From positions 1 through 35,456 of the forward strand of contig DAIQRO010000007.1 in assembly GCA_036786155.1 (NCBI GenBank): a stretch of DNA of 35,456 nucleotides, read 5' to 3'. The DNA is from Bacteroidota bacterium (lineage in GTDB: Bacteria > Bacteroidota > Ignavibacteria > Tepidaquicellales > Tepidaquicellaceae). The notes under the pieces are model-generated. The model made no database searches, was not told the origin of the DNA, and saw only the letters and a list, made by a program, of their open reading frames with translations. The position numbers and the translations under genes are program-made. Positions 1 through 9,172 of the stretch are shown here, piece after piece. Positions within the stretch are counted from its first letter, which is position 1; each line of letters begins with the position of its first letter.

Positions 1-1291
1 AGAGATATTCGATCTTCAGCGAAGTAATGCCGGCGTTTGTAAGCGTGTAGCTTGTCTGATTCCTCATGTTGACATTCACAATTGTTCCGGTGATCTCATC
101 TCTTAGGAAGAAAGTCCCTGTTGCCGGAAGCGATTGGTTGTTCCATGTAAATGTTATAGGATAGCCCGAAACCGACGGCTGAAATGTTATTCTCCAGCTT
201 GTGTTGAGCGTTGTGTCTTTGCGGAAGTCTGTCTTGACAGCATCATTGCCCGGCATAATGAATCTGCAGTCGAAGATGCCTGTTGGCGGCGGCGGCGGAA
301 TCAGAACTTCGCCGAGGCAAGTATCGAGGCCGTTTGTTCCGCTCGGCGCCATGCCAAACTTGAGGCTGTCAGCGCCCGTGCCCGCATCCCTTATCTTCAC
401 AATATGGCTCCATGTTTGCACACAAGGAGCAGAAAGCACTCTTATGTAGGAATATCTCTGCGTCCAGTTTGAGTATTGCGAACTCGATGCCGTAAGCGCC
501 ACATTGTAAAGCCCCGGAGTCATATACCTTATTACAGGGTTTCTCTCCGTTGATGAAGAAGGAGTTCCTCCCGGAAAACTCCACTGCCATGCAACGGGAG
601 TTGAGCCGAAAGTCTGATCCGTGAAGCTTACGTACTGCCCCTGATTCACAGTTGTTGGGGTTGCAGAGAAGTATGCGGCTATCGCACCTCCCAAAGGATC
701 ACTGGGGATAGAGATTGTGTGGGTTTCAGGTGTTGAAATGTTAGTGTTTGTGGTTCCAACAAATGCAAAGATTTTGGTATAAGGACTGACGATGCCGTTT
801 CTCCAGGCAAGTTGTAAGGGCTGAGGTGCGAAGAACATATCTCCGCCCGAAACCTTGATACGAATTCTGGCAATAGTTACAGGAGTATTTGGAGGCATTT
901 GGAATCCATTGCCGGCCTCAGGAAAAGTATTTACTGCAAATCTCATTTGACCAGGAGTTGTAGATGTGTAAACTGTCGGGTTTCTTGGACGCATGTTTTC
1001 CGGAAGGTCGCCATCAACAACACTCATTGACCACGTTGTTCCGGTCTTTATGCAAGCCTTGTTGAAGTCGAAAAAGTACTGACCTCCTGAGTATTCAAAG
1101 TTCGGAACGCTCCCTGCATTTGTCCATGTCAAATCAATGTCAAACTCCATGGAATCACAGCAATTTTCCGGAATGCTTGTTATCCAGAAATTTGTAACAT
1201 CAAGCGTATAAGTCGGATTTTGGGCGGATGATATTCCCGTCAATGAAATCAATCCGAACAATGCTCCAAAAAGCATGTATTTGCTTTTCAT
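1..1291 (-). CDS. Paralog P1 of the secreted T9SS-cargo family. Only the N-terminal 430 codons are visible; the 3' end runs off the window. Absent from the ORF track because no stop is in the window.
   Basis: ATG at 1291-1289. My hand translation is open all the way to position 2: MKSKYMLFGALFGLISLTGISSAQNPTY... (signal peptide). It has GGQYFFDFN, RPRNP and AVNTFPEAGNG motifs, a PKD-like segment (FTDQTFGSTPVAWQWSFPGGTPSSSTERNPVIRYMTPGLYNVAL) and the core CVQTW..DAGTGADSLKFGMAPSGTNGLDTCLGEVLIPPPPPTGIFDCRF. It is collinear with the three full-length paralogs. Confidence 0.85.
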   Translation of the reverse strand, partial: MKSKYMLFGALFGLISLTGISSAQNPTYTLDVTNFWITSIPENCCDSMEFDIDLTWTNAGSVPNFEYSGGQYFFDFNKACIKTGTTWSMSVVDGDLPENMRPRNPTVYTSTTPGQMRFAVNTFPEAGNGFQMPPNTPVTIARIRIKVSGGDMFFAPQPLQLAWRNGIVSPYTKIFAFVGTTNTNISTPETHTISIPSDPLGGAIAAYFSATPTTVNQGQYVSFTDQTFGSTPVAWQWSFPGGTPSSSTERNPVIRYMTPGLYNVALTASSSQYSNWTQRYSYIRVLSAPCVQTWSHIVKIRDAGTGADSLKFGMAPSGTNGLDTCLGEVLIPPPPPTGIFDCRFIMPGNDAVKTDFRKDTTLNTSWRITFQPSVSGYPITFTWNNQSLPATGTFFLRDEITGTIVNVNMRNQTSYTLTNAGITSLKIEYL

Positions 1292-1368
1292 AACCTGTCA
1301 GTTTGAGTTCTTTAATTCTCTAAAACTTCTTAATGCATTTTTGCTTCTTCAAATTACAATCACTTACA

Positions 1369-3492
1369 TCACTTCACCACCATCATCTTCCTTATCACAT
1401 CAAAGCTTCCGGCTTTCATTCTGTAGAAGTAAACTCCGGATGAAAGACTTCCGGCATCAAATCTTGTTTCATACTTTCCCGCACTGCGGAAGCCGTTCAC
1501 AAGCTGTTTCACTTCTCTTCCAAGCACATCGTACACAACTATCTTCACAACTCCGTCATTCGGAACCTGATATCTGATCACTGTTGCGGGATTGAACGGG
1601 TTCGGAAAGTTCTGCGAAAGCTCGTATGTCAGCGGCAACGCATCAAGCATTTCCAGCATAACGCTCGAGAGGTTAGCCGGCACTGTTACCTGAGACTCTT
1701 CCGTCAGTTCTTTATTCAGTATCGTTCCGTCAATCTCATCCTTTACCCTGAACTTCATTCCCTTTGCATTGCCCACGCTCAAAACAATTTCCTTCTGTGA
1801 AGGAGTGATTCTTATCTGATGATTCTGCCCGAGAACTTCCACCATCTTGTCAGTGCCGAACCTTGCATCAAATATCCCCTGCGGAGGAACAGGCGGAAGG
1901 CTGTAATCGGAGTTTATCTCTTCAGCTTTGCCGAGATAAAGTGATGCGCTGATCTCTTCTCCGCCGCTCAGTGACAGCTTCACAAACTTCTCAAGGGGAT
2001 TTTCTGCAGTTGCCGGCTGATTGTCGGTTGCTCCTTTATAAAGGTATCCCGCCATTGTGGTCCTTATCCAGTAGCCCTTTCCTACCTTAAGCGTGTCGGG
2101 ATTGAAGTAGCCGCCGCTGTATCCGAAGTAACTTGAGCTTACAATGCCTGCCGGGTTTGAAAGTATTGTGTTGACCGGAATGTTCTCATCAAACGGGCCG
2201 ATAAGGTTCCATCCCGGACTTACGATCATATTCTCCGGCGACCAGGGATAACCAGTGAAATTGTAGTTTGTATTATTGTTGAACCTCATCCAGTATCCGG
2301 TGCCGTTGCTCAGCATTGAAATGCTGACATATCCGCCGCTGTACGTGTATGCCTCGGAGGCAACTCCGGGGAACAGAGCTGTGTAAAGCATGTCGCTTGT
2401 CCTCAGCGGAACAGACACAATGTTCCAGCCGGGCGACACGGAACCGCTCAGAGTCTGATTGTAGAGATATTCGATCTTCAGCGAAGTAATGCCGGCGTTT
2501 GTAAGCGTGTAGCTTGTTTGGCTTCTCATATTGACATTCACAATTGTTCCGGTGATCTCATCCCTGAGGAAGAAGGTCCCTGTTGCCGGAAGCGATTGGT
2601 TGTTCCAAGTGAATGTTATCGGATAGCCCGAAACCGACGGCTGAAAGCTCATTCTCCATGTGACATTCTGAACAGTGTCTTTCCGGAAGTCAGTCTTTAC
2701 GGCATCATTGTTTGGCAGTATGAACCTGCAGTCGAATACTCCGATTGGCGGCGGTGGCGGAACGAGAACCTCGCCGAGGCATGTGTCAAGGCCGTTTGTG
2801 CCGGCGGGGGACATGCCGAATTTGAGAGTATCATTTACGTTTCCTGCATCACGTATTACCATCGGATTAGTCCATGTTGCAACGCACGGGAAAATGTCTA
2901 TTGAATGCCAGGCTCTGTTGGTAATCTCCGTATTAACAGCACTATTCTTAAGTGTGTAAGCAAAGACCTTTGTGTATGGATTTGGCAGAGAGTCTCTCCA
3001 TTGTAGTCCAACAGATATTTGCGGAGTAAAACTTGCTGCGGTCGTTGTAATTGCCATTCTGATGACTTTGATTCCGTCAGGGTTTGAGGTCGGAATAAGA
3101 TATCCGTTGCCGGGCCCGGGAAAAGTGTTTACTGCAAGGCGAAGCTGAGAACCCGATATTGAAGGACTTCTAGGCCTGAAGTTCACAGGCAGATCTGAAG
3201 TATCAGGCCCCGAATATGCATAACTTAGTGTTCCACCGTTTGCAATTGCAGGATTAAAATCGAAGAAATACTGTGCACCTGCATAATTAAATGGGGTTTG
3301 ATCGGGATTGGTATGCCTGATCCTTATTTCAAATTCAAATCTGTTTGGAGCTGTAAGAACCTGATTAGTTACCTTCAATCTGTATTCAGGTTTGGCAAAA
3401 ACAGTGTCGGTGGCAATTGATTCGGAAACTGACACTGCAAAAAAGATGCTTCCGGTTAATACAACTGCAAACAATTGTCTGAGAAATTTCAT
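1369..3492 (-). CDS. Paralog P2, a secreted protein with a T9SS type-A C-terminal sorting domain. It lacks the PKD module. 707 aa.
   Basis: Long ORF starting at ATG 3492. It has an N-terminal signal peptide, the family N-domain (GAQYFFDFNPAIANGGTL, RPRSP, QLRLAVNTFPGPGNG, LPNPYTKVFAY), the CLGE-PPPPP-G-FDCRF core and a second LPPVPPQGIFDARFGTD copy. The C-terminal tail is LSQNFPNPFNPATVIRYQ...VYDVLGREV...SGVYFYRM. Confidence 0.9.
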   Translation of the reverse strand: MKFLRQLFAVVLTGSIFFAVSVSESIATDTVFAKPEYRLKVTNQVLTAPNRFEFEIRIRHTNPDQTPFNYAGAQYFFDFNPAIANGGTLSYAYSGPDTSDLPVNFRPRSPSISGSQLRLAVNTFPGPGNGYLIPTSNPDGIKVIRMAITTTAASFTPQISVGLQWRDSLPNPYTKVFAYTLKNSAVNTEITNRAWHSIDIFPCVATWTNPMVIRDAGNVNDTLKFGMSPAGTNGLDTCLGEVLVPPPPPIGVFDCRFILPNNDAVKTDFRKDTVQNVTWRMSFQPSVSGYPITFTWNNQSLPATGTFFLRDEITGTIVNVNMRSQTSYTLTNAGITSLKIEYLYNQTLSGSVSPGWNIVSVPLRTSDMLYTALFPGVASEAYTYSGGYVSISMLSNGTGYWMRFNNNTNYNFTGYPWSPENMIVSPGWNLIGPFDENIPVNTILSNPAGIVSSSYFGYSGGYFNPDTLKVGKGYWIRTTMAGYLYKGATDNQPATAENPLEKFVKLSLSGGEEISASLYLGKAEEINSDYSLPPVPPQGIFDARFGTDKMVEVLGQNHQIRITPSQKEIVLSVGNAKGMKFRVKDEIDGTILNKELTEESQVTVPANLSSVMLEMLDALPLTYELSQNFPNPFNPATVIRYQVPNDGVVKIVVYDVLGREVKQLVNGFRSAGKYETRFDAGSLSSGVYFYRMKAGSFDVIRKMMVVK

Positions 3493-3571
3493 GTGATGAC
3501 TTATAATTCTTTATGGAATAATCTTCATGAGAAATAGTGATCTTCGGCAATTCAACCTAGACCCATAACAG

Positions 3572-3603
3572 AGAAACATCCGGCAATCTTGCCGGACATT
3601 TCT
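3572..3603 (-). terminator. Candidate intrinsic terminator after P3
   Basis: Inverted repeat TCCGGCA (3579-3585) / TGCCGGA (3590-3596) with a 4-nt loop, extended by AGAAA/TTTCT flanks. On the minus strand it is followed by the U-rich tgtttctctgtt. It lies 15 nt downstream of the P3 stop. Confidence 0.45.
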
Positions 3604-3617
3604 CCATTTGGCTATCT

Positions 3618-5978
3618 TCACTTCAGCAAGATCATCTTCTTCAGATCACTGAACGTTCCGGACTTGATCCTGTAGAAGTACACACCCGATGCAAGGTCTG
3701 ATGCGTCAAACCGTACTTCGTACACGCCTGCCGACTTGTATTCGTCAACAAGTTTCTTCACCTCTCTGCCTATCACGTCATACAGCACCAGTCTTACGTT
3801 GCCGGCATTGGGCAATTGGTAACGTATAGTAGTTGCAGGATTGAACGGATTGGGATAATTCTGGCTTAGCTCGTAAGTCTTGGGCAGAATATTCTCTTCA
3901 ACTAAGATCAGCTTATCAAGTCCTTCGTTGATCGTTATCTCTTCGCCTTCCTTCAGCTCTCTGTTTATAAGAATGCCGTTGACTGCATCTGTGATCTTGT
4001 ATTTGTTCTCACCAAGATTGAACGCCTTGACTTTGAGAGCGCCTGTTGATGAACTGATGCTGATCTCATGATTCTGACCGAATGCTTCTGCAAGCGCATC
4101 GGTGGAGAATCTCACATCAAACACACCGGAAGGCGGCGGCGGCGGAAGCATGAAGTCGCCTGTTATCTCTTCGGACTTTGCAAGATAAAGCGATGTCTTG
4201 TTGCCACCCTCATCGCTGATCTCAAACCTTGTCCAGTTGTTCATGTTGTCCAATTGCATACCGCCGTATGCCATCAGCACAGTCGTATCCTTTCTCATCG
4301 TTCCGGCGGATGTTGTCCTTACCCAGTAACCTTTTCCGGGTTTCAGTGTATCGGCAACTATATATCCGTAGTTAAATCCGTAGAATGGAGTTGAAATTAT
4401 CCCCGGAGGATTCGTAACGATCCTGTTAACAGGAATTCTTTCCTCGAACGGCCCAACCATGTTCCATCCCTGTACTACGCTTATCTCATAAGGTGTTGGC
4501 CTGATACCGGAAATTCCGTAAAGTCCTGCATTTTCAAACTGTATCCAGTAGCCCTTGCCGTTTACAAAATTCGTCGCGGTCACATAACCGTTGTTGTACC
4601 CGTATGCCGGAAGATAGCATCCGGGGAAAAGCGATGTGACATGCATATTCTCCGCAAGGACGGGAACCGAAACCATGTTCCAGAAGGGGTTCACGCTTAC
4701 GTTGACCGTTGACTTGTACAGATACTCGATCTTCAGTGATGTGATACCTGTGTTTGTAAGCACATAACTGCTCTGCTCACGCATGTTGATATTCACTATG
4801 GTTCCGTTTACAGCATCCTTAAGGTAGAAGAATCCGGTAGAAGGAAGAGCAGATGCATTCCATGTAAATGTGATCGGGTATCCCGCAAACGATGGCTGGA
4901 ATTTCATGAACCAGACCTGATTGCCTATAGTGTCTTTCTTAATATCGCGCTTGGAATCATTTGGAGAGAGAAGCTGGAATCTGCAGTCAAATGCTCCGAT
5001 CGGCGGTGGCGGCGGCAATGCCTGTTCGCCAAGGCATGTGTCAAGTCCGTCACTTCCCTGCGGCGACAATCCGAAGAACAGGCTGTCATTTACATTGCCT
5101 GCATCCGAAAGCTTTATCATCTGTACCCAGGTAGTTCCGCACGGGAACGGATTAACCGTTATGTAGTTTGTCTTGAGCACTGTGTCAACATATCCGGTCT
5201 TTCTTGCAATGAGTTTGACAGGATAAACACCCGGAGTGTTGTATCTTATGTTGGCCGGATTCTGTGCCGTTGAAGTGGATGGAGTTCCGCCTGTGAAAAG
5301 CCATTCCCAGCTTGTTGGCCCGCCCAATGTTGAATCAAAGAAGCTCACATATTGTCCGTAAGTGACTGTCCTTGTGTTTGCATAGAAGTTTGCCTCAAGC
5401 CCGTTAAAGAACGGATCGTTCGAGAAGCTTATCAGGTGGTTTGGCGCAAATGATATGTCTGTGTTGGTTGTGCCGACGTATGCAAATATTTTCGTGAACG
5501 GATTCGGCAAAGCATTTCTCCAGGCGAGATTGAGTGAAGTAGCTGCAAACTGCGCTGCTGTAGTCTGAAGCCTTACACGCACTATGGTGACCGCCACTCC
5601 GGCCGGCATGTTGTAGCCACTGCCGGCACCGGGAAAAGTATTGACAGCCCAACGCAATTGAGAACCGGACACTGTGGGATTTCTCGGCTGCATATTCGTA
5701 GGCAAGTCTGATCCTGCGTTTGACATCGAAAGTGTTCCGCCGTTCGCAATGGCTGTATTGAAATCAAAGAAGTATTGACCTCCCGCATATTCATAGTTCG
5801 GCACAACACCGGAGTTTGTCCATGTCATGTCAATATCCCACTCCACAGAGTTGACTACGTTAGGTGTCGGCGTCCTGTTTGTTGCGTTGAGAATGTAGGT
5901 CGGGTTTTGAGCGCTTGCATTTATTGTGCAACAGCAAATGACAACAAATGCCGCAATTACAGTAGAAAGGTTTTTCAT
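3618..5978 (-). CDS. Paralog P3, a secreted protein with a PKD-like module and a T9SS type-A C-terminal domain. 786 aa.
   Basis: ATG at 5978, signal peptide MKNLSTVIAAFVVICCCTINASAQNPTY, and the family N-domain. The PKD-like segment is at about 5145-5387 (FFDSTLGGPTSWEWLFTGGTPSTSTAQNPANIRYNTPGVYPVKL). It has the CLGEQALPPPPPIGAFDCRF core, a second MLPPPPPSGVFDVRFSTD copy, and the tail LSQNYPNPFNPATTIRYQ...GVYFYRI. Confidence 0.9.
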   Translation of the reverse strand: MKNLSTVIAAFVVICCCTINASAQNPTYILNATNRTPTPNVVNSVEWDIDMTWTNSGVVPNYEYAGGQYFFDFNTAIANGGTLSMSNAGSDLPTNMQPRNPTVSGSQLRWAVNTFPGAGSGYNMPAGVAVTIVRVRLQTTAAQFAATSLNLAWRNALPNPFTKIFAYVGTTNTDISFAPNHLISFSNDPFFNGLEANFYANTRTVTYGQYVSFFDSTLGGPTSWEWLFTGGTPSTSTAQNPANIRYNTPGVYPVKLIARKTGYVDTVLKTNYITVNPFPCGTTWVQMIKLSDAGNVNDSLFFGLSPQGSDGLDTCLGEQALPPPPPIGAFDCRFQLLSPNDSKRDIKKDTIGNQVWFMKFQPSFAGYPITFTWNASALPSTGFFYLKDAVNGTIVNINMREQSSYVLTNTGITSLKIEYLYKSTVNVSVNPFWNMVSVPVLAENMHVTSLFPGCYLPAYGYNNGYVTATNFVNGKGYWIQFENAGLYGISGIRPTPYEISVVQGWNMVGPFEERIPVNRIVTNPPGIISTPFYGFNYGYIVADTLKPGKGYWVRTTSAGTMRKDTTVLMAYGGMQLDNMNNWTRFEISDEGGNKTSLYLAKSEEITGDFMLPPPPPSGVFDVRFSTDALAEAFGQNHEISISSSTGALKVKAFNLGENKYKITDAVNGILINRELKEGEEITINEGLDKLILVEENILPKTYELSQNYPNPFNPATTIRYQLPNAGNVRLVLYDVIGREVKKLVDEYKSAGVYEVRFDASDLASGVYFYRIKSGTFSDLKKMILLK

Positions 5979-6668
5979 AGCATCTAAAATAATTTATTTG
6001 GGAAACGACGTTATTCGCTAATCAGGAATACAAAATGCCATGCCTTCCTGCATATAACATGGCCGGCATTTTCAACAGTGCCGAACAGCTTATCTGAGAA
6101 TTTATCTTCCCTATTCTGCGGCACTGCAGGTAATTACCAACTTAAGTTAAGGAACTTGCCCCACTCAGCTGCTCATGTTCATTTCTTCCCTGCATGTTTA
6201 TTGCACTAATTCTAATTGTAATGTTCTAAGTTAATTGTAACATATCTATAAACGGAACTGCTGATTTGGGTCGAGTTCCTTCTGCTTGCCGGCAATATGC
6301 CTGAAGCTGTACTCGCATTGCGCAACCCGCTGTGTCAATTTTCGGGCAATTATCCCGCGGGCAAAACCAATTGCATATTAGATCAGTAAACACGCAATGT
6401 CAAAAACTATACAAACTTAAGAATTCTTTGTCATACAAATCTATGACTTTTGTCATGTTTTGAAAAAAATTCCAAAATATAAAACGATTAAGATTGTATA
6501 CGATCCGAGGAATTACTTATTAGCTAATCCGAAATTCTTTCAGTGATCACAAGGGTTGACACAGTAGGAAGATTTGAATGCAACTGTGTGCCTGGTAATG
6601 CCGGAGCAGGATCTTAGCGAAGTAATTTACATGAATGAACTGCCGTGAAGATTTACGAAAGCACCCCC

Positions 6669-9035
6669 TCACTTCACCACCACCATCCTCTTTATATCCG
6701 CAAACTTTCCGGATGTGAACCTGTAGAAGTAAACGCCCGATGATAGACTGCTTGCGTCAAACTTAATCTGATACTTTCCGGCAGGCTGGAATTTGTTCAC
6801 GGGCATGCTCACTTCCCTGCCTATTACATCGTACACAACAAGCTTCACAATTCCGTCCGCAGGGATCTGATATCGTATCACTGTGGAGGGATTGAAGGGA
6901 TTCGGAAAATTCTGCGAAAGCTGATATGTCTCCGGCAAATTGAGCGGAGATTCTATGACAATCCTGCTGAGGCCCGCGGGAATATTTACGGGCATGCCTT
7001 CCTTAAGTTCGGCGTCAAGTATGCTTCCGTCAATCGCATCCTTCACTCTGAGTGTAATGCCCTTTGCTTCATTCAGTGTGAGCATTGTCTCCCCGCCCGT
7101 TGAGTTCAGCTTCACTGAGATTGAGCGAGCAACGTCTTCAACATACTTGTCTGTTCCGAAGCGCACATCAAATATTCCGGAAGGCGGAACAGGCGGAAGT
7201 TCATACGCGCCGTTTATCTGCGATACATTGCCAAGGTAAAGGCTTGCACTGCTTCCTTCGGCTGATGTGAATCCGAGACGGATCAGACCGTCAGGCAGTC
7301 CGCCGCTATTTTGCATTGCAATGCCTGCCGATGCAGATGCGTAAAGATATCCGTTTGCGGATGTCCTGACCCAGTAACCTTTGCCTGACCTTAGTGTATC
7401 AGCTTCGAAATATCCGTCGCTGAATCCGAAGAAGCCTGACATCAGTATTCCTGCAGGCTCGGAAAGAATTGATGATACGGGAATGTCCTTGTCAAACGGC
7501 CCAACGAGATTCCAGCCTTCGTTTACATTTATTTGCTCCGGCAACCATGGATAGCCTTCAATGCCGTATGTTGCAGTGTCACCGAATTTTATCCAGTAGC
7601 CGGTTCCGTTTTCAAGCGTGGTAACATTTACATATCCACCGTTGTATGCATAAGGTTCTGATGCGGCTCCGGGAAAAAGCGAATTGTAATTCATGTCGCC
7701 CGCCCTGAGCGGAACCGAAACCATGTTCCAGCCGGAATCAACAGCAATGCTGATAGTCTGATTAACTGTATGCTCGATCTTCAGAGATGTGATGCCGGTG
7801 TTTGAAAGCATGTATGCTGACTGCAAACGCATGTTGACATTCACTATGCTTCCCGTGATCTCATCCTTCAGATAGAAAGTGCCGTATGAAGGCAACGCCG
7901 AGGAATCCCATGTGAACGCCAACGGATATCCTGATGCAGACGGCTGAAATGTCATGCGCCAGTCAGTATTCAGCGCAGTATCCTTTCTTATGTCTGTGCT
8001 CACACCATCATTTGAAGCAAGAATGAACCTGCAGTCAAACACGCCGGATGGCGGCGGCGGCGGAAGCGCAACTTCACCGAGGCATGTGTCAACGCCGTCA
8101 CTGCCCTCCTGCGACATTCCGAAAACAAGGCTGTCGCTTTCGTTACCGGCATCGGAAATAAATACCGGCATGCTCCATGTTGCGTAACATTCCGGAAGTA
8201 CGGTAATGTACGCTTGTTTAGTGATCGTGTCACTTTCTGTCCCGATCCATGCCACTAAAGTAACATCGTACACGCCGGGAGTGTCATACAAAATGCCTGC
8301 CGGATTCTGCAAGGCAGAAACTGACGGCGATCCTCCCGGAAATGTCCATTCCCACTGCACCGCCTGGCCTGCGCCGTAAGTTGAGTCAAAGAAGTTCACT
8401 ATGCCTCCGGAAACTACGGTCCTAGTGTCTGAGTAGAAATTTGCAAATACGGTCTGAAGCCCGCCGAGCGGATCATTGCCGATCGATACCTGATGAGTTG
8501 CAGGCGTGGAAACATCCACACCCAATGAACCTACATATGCGAAGATCTTTGTGTGAGGATTGGGAAGCGTGCTTCTCCATACAAGGTTGAGCGGTTCATG
8601 TGCGAACACGTTTGCAGATGTCGAAAGTCTCATCCTAACAATTCTCACCGTATCTCCCGCCTGAAACTGGTAACCGAATCCTGCTCCAGGAAATGAATTG
8701 ACGGCAAGCCTTAACTGCGTTCCGAATATGGCAGGACTTCTCGGCCTGAGATTAGGCGGCAGGTCTGATGTGTCTGCAAGTGCATAATTGTAAGTGAGGA
8801 CTCCTCCGTTTGCTATAAGAGGATTGAAATCAAAAAAGTATTGTCCGCCCGCATACTCGAAATTCGGCGCAACACCGGAATTCGTCCAAACCATGTCAAT
8901 GTCAAACTCAACATGGTTATATCCCTCCGACTTGCCGTTTACATCAAGCAGATAGGTTGGATTCTGCGATCGTGCATAACTGACAAGCGCAAACAGAAGG
9001 AACACGGCTGTAATATGTAAACGTAACAACTTCAT
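6669..9035 (-). CDS. Paralog P4, a secreted protein with a PKD-like module and a T9SS type-A C-terminal domain. 788 aa.
   Basis: ATG at 9035 and a signal peptide. The PKD-like segment is at about 8193-8447 (FFDSTYGAGQAVQWEWTFPGGSPSVSALQNPAGILYDTPGVYDVTL). It has the CLGEVALPPPPPSGVFDCRF core, a second LPPVPPSGIFDVRFGTD copy, and the tail LSQNFPNPFNPSTVIRYQ...GVYFYRF. Confidence 0.9.
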   Translation of the reverse strand: MKLLRLHITAVFLLFALVSYARSQNPTYLLDVNGKSEGYNHVEFDIDMVWTNSGVAPNFEYAGGQYFFDFNPLIANGGVLTYNYALADTSDLPPNLRPRSPAIFGTQLRLAVNSFPGAGFGYQFQAGDTVRIVRMRLSTSANVFAHEPLNLVWRSTLPNPHTKIFAYVGSLGVDVSTPATHQVSIGNDPLGGLQTVFANFYSDTRTVVSGGIVNFFDSTYGAGQAVQWEWTFPGGSPSVSALQNPAGILYDTPGVYDVTLVAWIGTESDTITKQAYITVLPECYATWSMPVFISDAGNESDSLVFGMSQEGSDGVDTCLGEVALPPPPPSGVFDCRFILASNDGVSTDIRKDTALNTDWRMTFQPSASGYPLAFTWDSSALPSYGTFYLKDEITGSIVNVNMRLQSAYMLSNTGITSLKIEHTVNQTISIAVDSGWNMVSVPLRAGDMNYNSLFPGAASEPYAYNGGYVNVTTLENGTGYWIKFGDTATYGIEGYPWLPEQINVNEGWNLVGPFDKDIPVSSILSEPAGILMSGFFGFSDGYFEADTLRSGKGYWVRTSANGYLYASASAGIAMQNSGGLPDGLIRLGFTSAEGSSASLYLGNVSQINGAYELPPVPPSGIFDVRFGTDKYVEDVARSISVKLNSTGGETMLTLNEAKGITLRVKDAIDGSILDAELKEGMPVNIPAGLSRIVIESPLNLPETYQLSQNFPNPFNPSTVIRYQIPADGIVKLVVYDVIGREVSMPVNKFQPAGKYQIKFDASSLSSGVYFYRFTSGKFADIKRMVVVK

Positions 9036-9172
9036 TCAGTATTGATAATTTTCCGGCCTGATTCTGACGATTATGCGAACCGGCATTTCGGCAGTAAACT
9101 ATGGCAACCTAAGTTCAGAATCTGTGCAAACTTTTTTCCGTCTTCCGCAGTGCATAGTCATTCATGCATTGA

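Noticed and set aside
201-449. Plus-strand ORFs containing a GGGGG run (201..449, 2675..2959, 4921..5166, 7954..8187; also 134..472, 2518..2904, 4068..4394, 7085..7270)
   Set aside because: They are the antisense mirror of the conserved PPPPP-containing core of the minus-strand paralogs. Their apparent conservation between copies is inherited from the opposite strand, and they have no independent start context or recognisable fold.
1-9035. Diversity-generating retroelement or invertase-driven phase variation as the explanation for the paralog array
   Set aside because: The window contains no reverse transcriptase, no template/variable repeat pair with adenine-specific differences, no recombinase, and no inverted repeats flanking a promoter. 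The similarity pattern fits ordinary paralogy plus a local conversion tract.
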